A stretch of 63,892 nucleotides of DNA, counting the filler, from Reticulomyxa filosa (taxonomy: Eukaryota > Protista > Foraminifera): NCBI GenBank assembly GCA_000512085.1. It is 24 parts of 24 records of this genome, joined end to end, with 100 filler letters (N's around TTAATTAATTAA, not from the genome) between each part and the next. Parts side by side here need not be neighbours in the genome. Positions count along the whole stretch, not along the records: positions 1 to 1,604 come from ASPP01009470.1; positions 1,705 to 2,704 come from ASPP01038123.1; positions 2,805 to 4,067 come from ASPP01006753.1; positions 4,168 to 7,766 come from ASPP01015816.1; positions 7,867 to 10,996 come from ASPP01010180.1; positions 11,097 to 13,517 come from ASPP01017580.1; 18 more parts are not named here. One strand, 5' to 3'. Shown here piece after piece: positions 1-12,347 of the stretch (position 1 is the stretch's first letter; each line of letters begins with the position of its first letter). The position numbers and the translations under genes were made by a program. The notes beneath the pieces were generated by a model. That model searched no databases, was not told the origin of the DNA, and saw only the letters and a list, made by a program, of their open reading frames with translations.

Positions 1-960
1 CGAAGTCGCCCACCTGTTCCGCATCATCAAATCGCTGCGTGCCCAGGGCAAGGGCATCATCTACATCACCCACAAGATGAATGAACTGTCGGAAATCGCC
101 GACGAAGTCACCATCTTCCGTGACGGTCGCTATATCGGCTGCATGCAGACCGAACGGCTGGACCGCGACGAAATCATCCGCATGATGGTTGGCCGCGAAG
201 TGGGCGACATGTTCCCCAAGGAAACCGCGCAGATCGGCGAGGTGGTGATGTCGGTGCAGAACCTCACCCTCGATGGCGTGTTCCACGACGTGAGCTTCGA
301 GCTGCGTAGTGGCGAGATTCTGGGTGTGGCCGGCCTGATCGGCTCCGGCCGCAGCAATGTGGCGGAAACGCTGTTCGGCGTTACCCGGCCAGCAGCGGCA
401 GCATCAGCCTGTTTGGCCAGCCGGTGTCTATAAGCTCACCTAAAGTTGCCATGGCGCACGGCATGGCTTTTTTGACCGAAGACCGCAAGGACACCGGCTG
501 TTTCCTCAAGCTGAGCATCCAGGAAAACATGCAGATCTCGGTGCTGGGTGGCGACAACGTGCAGGCAGGTTTTGTGCGCCAGTCTGCCCTGAGCAGTGTG
601 TGCGAAGAGATGTCCGCTACGCTGCGCGTGAAGGCGCCAGGCCTGTACGAGCGGGTGGAAAATTTGTCTGGCGGTAACCAGCAGAAAGTGCTGATTGGCC
701 GCTGGTTGCTGACCAACCCGCGCATCCTGATTCTAGATGAACCCACCCGTGGCATTGATGTGGGCGCCAAGGCAGAAATCCATCGGCTGATTTCTCGCTT
801 GGCCTGCCAGGGTGTGGCCGTGATCATGATTTCGTCCGAGCTACCCGAGGTACTGGGTATGAGCGACCGCGTGATGGTGATGCATGAGGGCAGGGTAACC
901 GGCATCTTGGACCGCAGTGAGGCAGACCAGGTTCGCATTATGCAACTGGCGTCACACTGA
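1..960 (+). CDS. Bacterial sugar ABC transporter ATP-binding protein (RbsA/MglA/IatA-like, double ABC cassette), 5' partial, 1-nt frameshift near 385
   Basis: Motifs [38 protein letters not shown] and ISSELPE. ORFs 77-433 and 424-960 join after one frameshift. GC-rich bacterial codon usage. Confidence 0.95.
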
Positions 961-1023
961 GCACTGACAAAAAACACAGAGAGACAGGCGCCACACGTGG
1001 CGCCAAACCGGAGGATTCACAAT

Positions 1024-1604
1024 ATGGCAATCAGCAACGCAGGGCAGATCGGTAATGCCGGCAAGCCCGCCAAGTCCACATTCCGCCTGCCGGGTGAGGC
1101 ACGCATCTTTGCTGTCCTGATGGGCGTAGCACTGTTGTTCGAGGTACTGGGCTGGTTTTTGGTAGGACAAAGCTTTCTGGCTAATACCGACCGCCTGTTG
1201 GTCATGATTCTGCAGGTATCGGTGATAGGTATCATCGCGGTGGGCGTTACCCAGATCATCATCATGGACGGTATCGATTTGTCCTCTGGCTCGGTCGTAG
1301 CGCTTACCGCCATGGTATCGGCCAGCCTGGCGCAGACATCCGACTTTGGTCGGGCCATTTTTCCGCGCTGACCGACTTGCCGGTGGTGGTGCCGCTGCTA
1401 GCGGGCCTGTTGGTGGGTCTGTGCTGTGGTTTGCTTAATGGGTTTGTCATCGCCAAGACCGCGATCCCGCCATTCATCGCCACGCTGGGTGTGATGGTCA
1501 CTGCACGTGGCCTGGCGAAGTGGTACACCGAAGGCGAACCGATCAGCATGTTGTCTGATGACTATGCCGCTATTGGTAGTGGTATCACGCCGGTACTGAT
1601 TTTC
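1024..1604 (+). CDS. Sugar (ribose/inositol-type) ABC transporter permease, 3' partial, frameshift near 1365
   Basis: RbsC-family signatures GIDLSSGSVVAL and IPPFIATLG, hydrophobic helices, GGAGGA RBS upstream, directly downstream of the ATPase. Confidence 0.93.
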
Positions 1605-1704
1605 NNNNNNNNNNNNNNNNNNNNNNNNNNNNNNNNNNNNNNNNNNNNTTAATTAATTAANNNNNNNNNNNNNNNNNNNNNNNNNNNNNNNNNNNNNNNN
1701 NNNN
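1605..1704. other. Artificial contig spacer N44-TTAATTAATTAA-N44, first of 23 (others start at 2705, 4068, 7767, 10997, 13518, 16547, 18092, 26871, 29003, 34572, 37285, 40044, 41199, 42299, 43671, 45528, 47513, 49647, 56883, 59579, 61370, 62470)
   Basis: Identical 100-bp units whose palindromic core gives stop codons in all six frames. Composition and taxonomy change abruptly across them. Confidence 0.99.
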
Positions 1705-1800
1705 TTTTTTTTTTTTTTGCAATTAGCTACGATGTTTGGCTCTTTTTTTTTTTTTTAAGGCAGCATACCACCAAAACCGTAGCTTCGTTACCTTCGACAC

Positions 1801-2166
1801 TTAAAATCTTTGTGTATTCATGTCTGTGCCAATAATATCAGTCAGCGATATACAAAACAAAAACAAGACAAAAAAAATTGACAGATACATTTGATTTGGG
1901 CATGTGGAAGGGATATTCGATGTGTTTTTACGCATTTCTTCTATCTTTTTCAACACTTTCGATTTTGAAATTGGAGCCACCTTTACATGCTCAAATAACT
2001 CTGTCCACTGTTCTGACTCCATGTATATCATATCATCGCGCTCAGTTACACCTAATTGATATAAGTAAGCAGCAATGTTCAAAGCGTCTTCAGATTTTAT
2101 TTTGAGAACATCTTTCAAATGTGCATAAAGTTCTTGTTTGGGGTCTTGGTCTTTACTTTCAGCCAT
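1801..2166 (-). CDS. Small eukaryotic hypothetical protein with a SAM-like helical pattern and a probable intron near 1825-1888
   Basis: Helical pattern YLYQLGVTERDDM...VKVAPISKSKVLKKI, followed by a T-rich GT...CAG intron-like tract. Confidence 0.45.
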   Translation of the reverse strand: MAESKDQDPKQELYAHLKDVLKIKSEDALNIAAYLYQLGVTERDDMIYMESEQWTELFEHVKVAPISKSKVLKKIEEMRKNTSNIPSTCPNQMYLSIFFVLFLFCISLTDIIGTDMNTQRF

Positions 2167-2879
2167 GATTCGGTTAGTGAAGAATTAGTTCAGACAAAAG
2201 AATAAGGCGCACCTTGAAATTTGTTGTAATGTTTTACCATTTAAACACTGAGTGAAGTTGCAAGGTTTCAAAAGTGAAGATTTGTTTTTTTTTAGCTTTG
2301 TTGCAAAAAGAGTATCTGAAAATGTTTGGTGATTTAAGAAAGTTACAATATTATGATTGAACACCAATAAAATTGGCATCTAAATATTGATTTCCATGAA
2401 AAATCACATTTAATTAAATGTTTTAAAAATACCTACAAATAATGTAATTTTAGAAAGGAATATTTGGAATAATAAGAGTGGTCCAAAGATTAATTGTATT
2501 GTTATGATGCGTTTGATTATAGAACAGATCAAAAGAAGGTTACCAAATGTGAAGCGTTCCTTCATTCATTTGATTTTGCTTTAATATGAGTTGATTTTAC
2601 GCTTTTCTCTTTTTTTCCATTAATGATATGGATACGCTTGTTGTCTTCATTTGATATGCCAAAACAATCATACAATGGAATAGGCCAAGAATGCTCAAAT
2701 GTAANNNNNNNNNNNNNNNNNNNNNNNNNNNNNNNNNNNNNNNNNNNNTTAATTAATTAANNNNNNNNNNNNNNNNNNNNNNNNNNNNNNNNNNNNNNNN
2801 NNNNTTTTTTTTTTTTTTTTTTTTTTTAAAATAAAAAAAAAAAAAAAAGGGGTCTTTATGTTTGTGTGTGTGTGAACTT

Positions 2880-3995
2880 TTAAAAAAAGAAATTCGTAAC
2901 GTATTCACCGCGTATGGACATCAAGGAAGAGTATTGCGAACGTGGATATCGGACAGTGGCAATCATATCGCCTCGACAAGCGAAGACTCGACGTGTCGCA
3001 TTTGGAGTTTTGACGGACATTTGCTGGACGTGTTCGACTTTCGCATGGGTGCGATATGGTCGATTGACGGCGTATTTAAGCCAAACACGAACGCGGAGAA
3101 TGGAGGTGGGATTTACTATTGCGCATTGGGAGGGGCGGACTCGTCGATCCGACTGCACTTTTTTTTGAAGATGTCGTCGAATATGTTTGCACCGACATCG
3201 TTGCAAAGTGGTGAAGGAGGAGGAGGAGGAGGATCGTCCTATGACACTAATCTGGCAGTCCAATTCAAGCTCGGCAATAATGGATCGTCGTCGTCATCAT
3301 CATCGCCTTTACCCTCTCCGACTCCTTCATCACCATTCCCTCTCAGCACGAGTGGCACTATTGAAAATCATCACGCCTTTTATCATCTGATGTTGCCCGA
3401 TGCTTTGATCCCGTCAGGTCACAGACAAGATAACAGCACTACCAACTACAATAGCAATACCAGTGATTATAACAATAATAGCAAGTCCAATACCAATTCC
3501 AAAACCTCGAGTCGACGCAACTCACAACAGATGCTCTCCATCATTCGATCAATGTTGGTGGATTCCAAACAACAACTTTATGTCGCCACCAAAAATCGCA
3601 TCTTTCGCATCTCCAACTTGGGAAAACACAAAACACCTCAGTGGAAACAGGTGGTGTCCTTGCGTGGTAATCTGCAGGACGTCACCTGCATGATGCTCTG
3701 CAACGACTTTTATCAGTACAACACTGACAACCACTTGGAAGACGACGACAACAACAAAGACGGGGATGGCGTCGTACCGATGCCAATGTCCATGACAATC
3801 CCGTCCAAATTCCTCAAAGATGCCACTTTCGTCAAGACTTGGGAAACGGATAAATGGCTCATCGTCGGCACCAGAGAAGGCAAAGTCGGCATTATCGACG
3901 TCCAGTCCAATCGTCTCGTTTTTTGTTTCCGAGCACACGATGTTGGAATTGTCGCGTTATTTGCTTGCTTTGCTCTCAATGCGACTACTGTCAAA
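2880..3995 (+). CDS. WD40 protein, WDR6/Trm734-like (internal exon)
   Basis: YGHQGRV..IASTSEDSTCRIWS and GGADSSIRLH match WDR6-type repeats. Contains low-complexity S/N/G inserts and is flanked by intron-like A/T and (TA)n tracts. Confidence 0.7.
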
Positions 3996-4359
3996 TGTAT
4001 AAATAAATATATACATATATAATATATATATATATATATATATACATGTATATATATATATATATATNNNNNNNNNNNNNNNNNNNNNNNNNNNNNNNNN
4101 NNNNNNNNNNNTTAATTAATTAANNNNNNNNNNNNNNNNNNNNNNNNNNNNNNNNNNNNNNNNNNNNACATAAGATGTACTTATATAAATAATATATATA
4201 TATATATATATGTATATAACATAGGGTTCATCTTACAACAGACAAACGATACAAATATATAAACCACCATTTTTTTTTTTTTTTGAGAGGGGTCGATGTA
4301 CACATGACAAGGTTGAAAAGATCAAAGACAAAAACTCCCCTTCTTTTTCTTTCCTCCTT

Positions 4360-5260
4360 CTAGGGAGGGAGAGGGGGAGGGGAAGGAAACACGTACACAC
4401 CCTTGGCTTTTTTTTGTTCTTCTATTACGGTTGTGAATTCGGCGATTGCTTCTAAATATTCATTAAATGCTTTTACAATGTCGTTATACAGCTCAAATTG
4501 GGCGTCGACTTCATCTATTTTTGTTTGAAAGGGGAGGGGGGGGGGAGAGAAAAAAAAAAAAGCATACATATTACACATACTTTTTACACTTGGAATTTGA
4601 AGTTAAACCATTTCAAACAAACAAACAACAACAACATAGTAACGATGAAAACAATCAAAACGTATACGTACGTATATATGAGCCTGTTTAATTGTAGAGG
4701 GGGGGGGAAGGAAGAAAAAAAAAAAACAAACCGTCCTCCATGCCATCCTCGTTTTCTGCTTTTTTCAATTCAAACTCGGTTTGCAGCGATTGCAAGAGTG
4801 AATCATTCCTTTCTTCAACAGTTCTCATCACTTTTTCAACACTTCCACCTTTCATTAGTGAATACAAGTCTTGTGTTCTCGCTTTTTGCTCTTCGATTAA
4901 CTCACTTACAATTTCATACAAATGGACTATTTTTTGATCGCTTGCATCCAAGTCCTCCTCTTTGATTTCTTGTTCTTCTTCTTCTTCTATTGCTCCCATT
5001 TCTTGTTCTTGTTCTTGTTGCCCTTCTTCTATCCCTACCTCTTCTTTTGGCTCTGCTGCATCCTCTTCCATTGGCTGCTCGTCCGCGCTTTCATTTATTT
5101 CAACATTTGCTTCCACATCTCCAGCTTCATTTTCTTCCAGCACTTCATCTACAACTTCTTCTTTGTCTGAAAGTCCATCTTCTTGTTTTGTGTTAACTCC
5201 ATGAGACATGATGATACTCTGAGCTTTTACGTACACCCTCCGTGTTTCGGTTCTTGTCAT
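4360..5260 (-). CDS. Acidic coiled-coil hypothetical protein, spliced, 3' partial
   Basis: Glu-rich ORF 4688-5260 plus a further exon near 4400-4520, separated by intron-like homopolymer tracts. Confidence 0.5.
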
Positions 5261-5603
5261 TCTTTACGCTTTGTTTTTCAAAGTTTGCTTTGTAAAGCTT
5301 GTCGCTATGACTAATATCTCACAAAAAACGATGCATTAGTGCACAACAACGTCTCATTGTTGATCATTATGCATTCACATATTTTTTTTTTGTCGAAAAA
5401 CAATGGACATTTTCTAATTTGACTGTCAACAAAAAAATCTTTAAACTAAACAAAAATGTGAAATATGCTTTAAAAAATGGTGTATGCCACTGTGGCTTTG
5501 TTTAAAATGCAGTAGTGTATTTTTTGTTAGTCAGTGTGACAATCAAACGAAGAAGGCGGTCGGTTGGGGACCATAACTAACTTTTCGCAATAAATCATCA
5601 AAG

Positions 5604-6521
5604 ATGGGTTGGTTCAAGGATATGATTCCAGGATTACACGAAAGAGATGTGTTTTTGGCAGTAGACCAATGGAGCAGGTTTCATAACGTATAGATTTGTA
5701 TGAATGTAAAAAATGGGTTTTAGTGTAGAATTACCAAAAAACTCACTCATACACACACTAAAAAAAAAAATAGAAGTAAAAACTATCACCCCATGCCACA
5801 TGAGGCAGAGGCAGCGCGTAAAGTGATGCGAATGACGTACGGGAGTGAAATGATCGGATTGGGATGTCCGTTTGCATTTCTACTGATTCCACGAATTCGC
5901 AACAATTTGCTGGCAAGGCCGGTGACGTACGGGTCATTGTTCATGAGTTTGTCGATGTTCGGATGGCTTGCAAATGGCGTCTATATCAGAAAGGATTGCA
6001 TGAGAACAGTATTAGAATTAGACAATAGTCCATTGGCCTACGCAGCATTCACCATTTTGACATCGGACCGATATGCCCATATACAAAACAAGTTTTCGAA
6101 AAGGTATTTCAAAAAATAATTTTTAAAATTTAATCAGTAGGTCGAAATTCAAATGATTGTTATTACAAAAAAAAAAAAAAAAAGGTATAAATTTGATAAA
6201 TTTCAGGACAGATATAAAGACTTTAGTTTGAGCAAAACTATGGAACCACGCTTGAAAGGCAATTGGGATCCTGAATCACAGGACTTTACTCCATCATTCA
6301 AAAAAACACTAGCTCTCCAACACAATATGGACCCTCAACAAATTGAAGGACTCCGAAAGTCTTTGGAATGGAAGGAAAAATTTATTGTGCAAGAACGATC
6401 CGATCCTGACTTTGATTTATATGTTGATTTGAATGAAATCCAAAAGCAAAATCCTCCTCATCTTCGCTTCCATAGAGATCTATCTTCCTTTACATTTGTA
6501 TTGCTCAACTATGTGGGCTGA
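5604..6521 (+). CDS. Spliced hypothetical membrane protein, divergent from the acidic-protein gene
   Basis: ATG at 5604 (MGWFKDMIPG). Exons in ORFs 5793-6119 (two hydrophobic segments) and 6153-6521, separated by poly(A)..AG intron ends. Confidence 0.5.
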
Positions 6522-7256
6522 CCTTTTGTTCCGCTTTTTCCATCTCTCTATATTCGGCAACATTGCGGAGCCTCCTCACCGCTTTTACAAAATTTTTTTT
6601 TTTGTTCCAAATTGATCACTGCTTTTTTCTTTCTCAAAAAACAAATACTCCGCAATCGAACCAAATTTATCTTTTAAAAATAAATTTTTGATGCTTCCTT
6701 CACAATTTTTCTACTTGATAATATTTACTCTCTTCTTCCTTTTAGAAAATGAAAAGTGTGGCATTGAAAAAAAAAAGCATATAGCTTTTGAGTATTTGTT
6801 CAAAGCACAGCAGACGTTGAGACAGTCATTTTAATTAAACATGTTTTTTTGTCATTATGCTCACATTATAAAGTTTATTGTAAGTAAATAAAAAATTAAT
6901 ATCAAAGTACCAAAATACAATAAATTAACACATTTTTAAAAGTTCACAAACGAGTTTGTGCTGTCCCTATTAAAGTGTTTTTTAATTATCGTATATTTTC
7001 AATGTGCAAGAAAATTTCCAAAGAATTTATTTAAGACATTGTAGGACGATATCACTACTAACTTAAGTGGAATTCCTGTTGAAACGTGGAAATTCCTTTT
7101 TTACAAGCTTGCTGTATTTGGATATTCTTTTCATAATAACCAGATAGTGCTTGTGACATATACAAATATATGATAATATCTTTATACTAATAAAAAAAGA
7201 TATACAATTTAGTGTATTACTGAATATATCTGGTTGATGAATTAAAAAAATAAATA

Positions 7257-7766
7257 CAGTAAGATAAAAAAGAAAATTGACACCTAAAATGCCACATTAT
7301 ATAGATGATTGTGTTTCTACATGAAAAAACAACATCTAATCAAAATTTTTTTTAAAAAAAATATCTACAAATCGTGTAGTTTTTAAATATCATTTTGAAT
7401 TTAGTTTTTTATTAAGTCTTTCCAATTTTTTCAAAAATTTTAATCTTTCATTTGATTTGGTAAAATTTCTTAAAAAAAGTTTACAATCGTATTTTTCTCG
7501 TAGTCATGAAATTTGACAATCTTTTTTTAAACAATTTTTGATATTTCCCTTTTTTTTTTGTTAGGTGTTAGATATTGATTTTTGTCATTTTGATTATTTT
7601 GTTGCGAAAATATTGATTGACAACCATTAGATGAAAATTTCATAACAATAAGGACAAAATTTGGTTGAAGCATTTTATTCTGTTCATGTTTTGAAGCATT
7701 ATTAATAGATTACGCTTAGATTGAGTAAATACTAATATATATAACGAAGTTTTATCTGACGAAATA
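7257..7766 (+). mobile_element. Left part of a non-autonomous long-TIR Tc1-family element (second copy of 23062-24177), cut by the contig end
   Basis: Starts TA|CAGT and is colinear with 23062-23568 (e.g. CACCTAAAATGCCA, CTACAAATCGTGTAGTTTTTAAATATCATTTT, GAAGTTTTATCTGACGAAAT). Confidence 0.85.
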
Positions 7767-7866
7767 NNNNNNNNNNNNNNNNNNNNNNNNNNNNNNNNNN
7801 NNNNNNNNNNTTAATTAATTAANNNNNNNNNNNNNNNNNNNNNNNNNNNNNNNNNNNNNNNNNNNN

Positions 7867-9067
7867 CCTTAACTTGACGCGTATGGTTCTTTAAACGCTC
7901 CCGCTGAATGAATTCTAATACGGTTATAAAATACTTCGATATATTCAAATATTACATATTTTGCTTCCTCTCTAGTTTTAAATTTATATTGATGCGTTAA
8001 CTCGGTTTTCAAAGTATGAAAAAAGCTTTCAGAAACAGCATTGTCCCAGCAATCACCTTTACGGCTCATGCTTTGAATAATATGATGGTCTTTAAGTATT
8101 GCTCGATGGCTATCGGAAGCATATTGACTGCCTCTATCTGTATGCCAAATTAAACCTTTAGGCGGTTTGCGTTGCCAAATGGCCATCAATAGGGCATTAT
8201 TAACTAATTCAGCTCTCATACGACTACTCATAGACCAACCGACAACTTTTCTTGAATGAAGATCAATAACAGTTGCTAAATACAACCAACCTTCTTCAGT
8301 CTGAATATACGTAATATCACCCACGTAATAACGATTCGGTCCTGCAACATTAAATTTTCTTTCCAGCAAATTCGGTGCAATCGGCAGGTTATGGTTAGAA
8401 TCGGTTGTAGCTCTAAACTTATGCCTAGTTTTGCATACTAAATTACCTTCCTTCATTAATCGAATAATCCGACGACGGCTCGCAATTTTACTTTGCTTGA
8501 ACAGTTGCTTTTTAATTCGTCTTGCACCGTAAATGCCTCGGCCTTCTTCAAAAATCTTTTAATCACTTCAGTTAACTCTTCATCTTGTTTAGTCCTATCT
8601 TGTCTTTTAGGGCTATTTAACCATTCATAATAACTACTACGTGATACCCTCATAAATTTACACTACACATCGCAGAAATCGAAAAATCGCCCTGATGCTC
8701 TCTTATCCATGCGTATTTTACCTGGACTCTTTCGCAAAATACGCTGTAGCTTTTTTTAATAAGTCACGTTCCCCTTGCTAATTCTTTCTTCAATTGGTTC
8801 ACTTCTTCATATATATGCTCATCACTTCTCATTGCTTGTTCCTTAAGTGTTGTATATTTATCAATCCATGTATATAAGGTATTAACATTAATACCTTATT
8901 CTCTGGCAGTTTGAGCAACCGGATGTTTTGATTCAATAGCCAATTTAACTGATGATCCTTTAAATTCAGCTGAGTACACTTTTTGTTTATTTTCGGACAT
9001 CTTATTATTTACTCCTTTCTTTTATTATTATTTTAATTTAACTGTCCGGTTTAGTGTAGCCACATCA
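7867..9067 (-). mobile_element. IS3-family insertion sequence, degraded (OrfA about 8720-9000 with an in-frame TAA; OrfB split into 8456-8653 and 7869-8456)
   Basis: rve DDE motifs [14 protein letters not shown] and DNAVSESFF. OrfA starts MSENKQKVYSAEFK with an AAGGAG RBS. A7G -1 frameshift motif at 8750-8757. Left end TGATGTGGCTACACTAAACCGGACAGTT. Confidence 0.93.
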
Positions 9068-9184
9068 AACAACCATCTGTGCACTTCCATCAACTCAATC
9101 ACAAAACCACTTCTCTGATAATTTCATGACTTACTTTACGTCGAGCTCACGTTATAATAAGATTTTAGGAAACTTGCCATTGAC

Positions 9185-10800
9185 TTATATTTTTAAGACG
9201 GTATCAAAGCCCCTGGCAGACTCAAATTCATCTATATAGCTTCTTACTCTCTCTGATACTGGTTTTGGCAAACAATTTCTTAGCCAAGTATCAATTTTGT
9301 TATACTGTAACTCAGAGCTCTTTTTTACAGCATCATATTTTTCTCTAAATATACCAAATGATATAAATTTAAGTTTAGCAATATCTAATTTGCTAAGAAA
9401 TTTAGTACTATAGTCATAAGTATAGTGGCCATTTACGCTTAGTCTTGCAAAAAGATAACATAGGTTTTGTAAAGAACTTTTATGAGCTTTTAAATCAATA
9501 TGCTTGATTGCATTTGGAAGATTTTCAAGTATCTCTTCTACGCTCTCTTCACCTATTTGCCTTGGAAATTCACATACATTACCAAATGTAATCCATACCC
9601 TCAGTGCATATTTACTTTTCCAATCAAAATGATAAAGCAAATATTCTTTTGTCCACACTGGATCAAGCATATAAAGAAATGTAATGTCAGCTATTAAAAT
9701 AGGCAAGCAAAACACTATCATTGGGCACGATAAAAATATAATTAATCTTTTTTTAATATCATTAGTAATATTGCCCTGATATTTTATACGCCACAAAAGT
9801 GTATGTGTTAAGTTTCCAATGGGATGGTTGTAAGCTAAGTTTATAGGGCATTCTTTAACGCTGTAATTTTTCTTAGTTGATAATGTTTTGATGCCAATAT
9901 TAGCTACTAGATCATATAACTCAAAAAACAAACCTTCATCTTTTTCTAAAATTTTAGGACTTACACTTTGAAGCCATCTTGATACCTGATCAAGATTTTT
10001 CTTAATTAAATAAATATTTTTAGATAATAGGCTTATCAATAAATTTCCATCATCTGAGTCAAATTTTAAATCATTTAAACTTAGTAAGTAGCTTACCTTG
10101 TGCTCTTCATTTTCAGAGTCCCATAAGTACTCCAATAGCTTTTTTTCTGAAATATCATGAACATAAAAATCTTCGTTTATGATTATAACTCTTTTAAAGT
10201 TACACGCACTACTCACAATATGTTGCCTTACTATATTGCAAGTCTCATGGAAACCTTCATGGAGCCATCCTGCAAAATATACCGTAATAATTAACCAATC
10301 TCCTTTAGCATCCTTATTCTTTTTATTAAATGCATTTATTATTGAAAGGGGAAATTTATGTACATGAAGATTCATATGCACCTTCGGAGCATTACTCCCC
10401 CAATTTCTATTACGTTTACTACCTATATAATTAATCGCCTGCCATTGAGGCGCTATTAGTTTCTCTTCAGCTAACTCTTGCCTTAAACCTTCGTGAAACC
10501 TTCATTAAGTTCTTCGTTATATTTCTCTTTCCCTTCCTCTATATACTTACCATCATTCAACCCCCTGGTTAGCTGGATCGTAATTATAGTATTATCACTT
10601 AATTGTAGTCTTCCATCATGACCTAATTTTTGATCTTGAGAACAAAAATCTATTTTCTTAACCTTAATGCCAATTTTGGATAAATACTTAGCTAGCCAGA
10701 AAAGTGGTTTTACTTCATCAAATAATAATTTTTTCTCTGCATTAAAATTTTTATTTGCGCCCTTATCATAAAAATTGTTTAGATTTGTGTAGTAATTTGC
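9185..10800 (-). pseudogene. Bacterial gene of about 540 aa, frameshifted near 10497 and 5'-truncated by an IS; N-terminal PD-(D/E)xK-like region and C-terminal DSR1/SIR2-tail-like region
   Basis: Manual translation: the frame from 10800 (..FDEVKPLFWLAKYL..GHDGRLQLSDNTIITIQLTRG..) joins the 398-aa ORF after one 1-nt shift. The C-terminus reads AYNHPIGNLTHTLL...FLYMLDPVWTKEYLLYHFDW...W. Confidence 0.5.
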
Positions 10801-10802
10801 TT

Positions 10803-10996
10803 GGGATTGCTAACATTTAGATACATGTTATACTAGGAGAGCAACTAGTATGGAGTGATAATGCATTGCAGGTTTTGTAATTCAGAAAGATATGTCAAGC
10901 ATGGTTTAACAAGAGGTAAACAAAGGTTTTTATGCAAAAACTGCAATAAGCACTTTGTAGTTGATTTAGCAGGAAGGGGATATTCCGTAGATGTAA
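10803..10996 (+). mobile_element. IS1-family element left end with InsA-like zinc ribbon, copy 1, truncated by the contig end
   Basis: MHCRFCNS..VKHGLTRGKQRFLCKNC is an InsA-type CxxC..CxxC ribbon. A near-identical copy lies at 13324-13517 with different flanks. Confidence 0.8.
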
Positions 10997-11329
10997 NNNN
11001 NNNNNNNNNNNNNNNNNNNNNNNNNNNNNNNNNNNNNNNNTTAATTAATTAANNNNNNNNNNNNNNNNNNNNNNNNNNNNNNNNNNNNNNNNNNNNTTTA
11101 TTATTATACCTAATTATAATAAAATACTTTATGCAATCAAGTTCAGTTGGAAATTGTTTGTTAAATTCAAAAAAGTTCATAATCTTTTACCCATTATGGA
11201 CTTAAGTATATTTTATAATCTGTGACATGTAAAGGGATGATTGCGTAAGTCTATATATCTATACTTATATTATAGCAGAAAAAGCAGCTATTTATAAAGC
11301 ACTTGCTACAAATCCAAGAATTATTGAGC

Positions 11330-11940
11330 TTGTACCCATTTCTAGGCCATTAGAATTGAAAGGGAAACTTATTAATTTATCGCTGTAATCACATATTGTA
11401 GAGGATTGTATCTATAAACTTCATCTCCATCATTTTTAAAGGCCAACGATATATCTTTAATATTAACTATTGTATCTTTGAAAGGACCATCTAAAATAGT
11501 AGCGTATGGCTTCAATTGTGTATCCGTATAAAATATTGATATCCTTTTCGAGAATTAACTTAGACAATTTTAGTTTTGTACCTTTGGTTAAAATTCCTTT
11601 TACATCAATATTATAAGTGAAGCACCCCCTATATCTACTGTGGTTGCCTTTTTGGGGTCTGCTGTATATTCAGCTACGGAATTAGGAGCTGAAAAAAGTT
11701 TGCCAAAGGTTTTTTTAAACGCTCTAGGAAGCACAAGTACTAAACCAAAAAAGCTATCTTTTATGATAAAGATATCCGTATCAAGGACGTAAGTTTTATT
11801 ATAATCATATCCTCCCCAGTAATACGGATTGTTAGTTACGTCTTGATCAACTAGATTCTCTGCTGCGGTATTACTAAATTTAAACCCTACTATGGCAACT
11901 GCGCATATTAGTATAAGAATTACTGATTTTTAGCATTCAT
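11330..11940 (-). pseudogene. Frameshifted bacterial exported or membrane-anchored hypothetical protein
   Basis: The reverse strand reads MNAK../SVILILICAVAIVGFKFSNTAAENLVDQDVTNNPYYWGG.. with several frame breaks. Confidence 0.4.
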
Positions 11941-12081
11941 AGAGGATTTTCTCTAAAATTAGTATATATATACTTAATTGTAGTAATGAAATGTGTAAAA
12001 GCAAGCTTAGAAGTGAACTAACAGTTAATTCTAAAGAGTGATCTGATTTTTATTTAGGTGAAATTATATCAGTGTATTAAG

Positions 12082-12167
12082 TGGTGCCCCTGGCCGGACT
12101 TGAACCAGCACACTCTTGCGAGTAGCAGATTTTGAGTCTGCCGCGTCTACCATTCCACCACAGAGGC
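12082..12167 (-). tRNA. tRNA-Leu (anticodon CAA), bacterial, with encoded CCA
   Basis: Reverse complement is GCCTCTGTGGTGGAATGGTAGACGCGGCAGACTCAAAATCTGCTACTCGCAAGAGTGTGCTGGTTCAAGTCCGGCCAGGGGCACCA. It has an acceptor stem, GCAGA/TCTGC anticodon stem with CAA, a long variable arm and a GGTTCAAG T-loop. Confidence 0.97.
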
Positions 12168-12347
12168 TTAGGAATCTAGGAAATTCTTAGCTTAAATAAC
12201 CAGAAATTACAACAAAATGTTTTAAGTTTAATTGATATCAAGAGCAAATGTTTAAATAAATTTCGAGTCTAGAATTAGAATTAATTTGATTTATTCGCAT
12301 TAATTGGATTTACAATAATAAAAGACGCTGAATTAAAGAAGTTAAAA

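Noticed and set aside
381-1549. Long antisense ORFs over the ABC transporter genes (and similar shadow ORFs over VWA, VPS13 and 14-3-3)
   Set aside because: They are reverse-frame shadows of real coding sequence with no motifs of their own.
1705-2704. Three contigs of exactly 1000 bp (1705-2704, 41299-42298, 61470-62469) as nanochromosome-like units
   Set aside because: They have no telomeric ends, and two of them cut genes mid-sequence. Most likely an assembly length cut-off or trimming effect.
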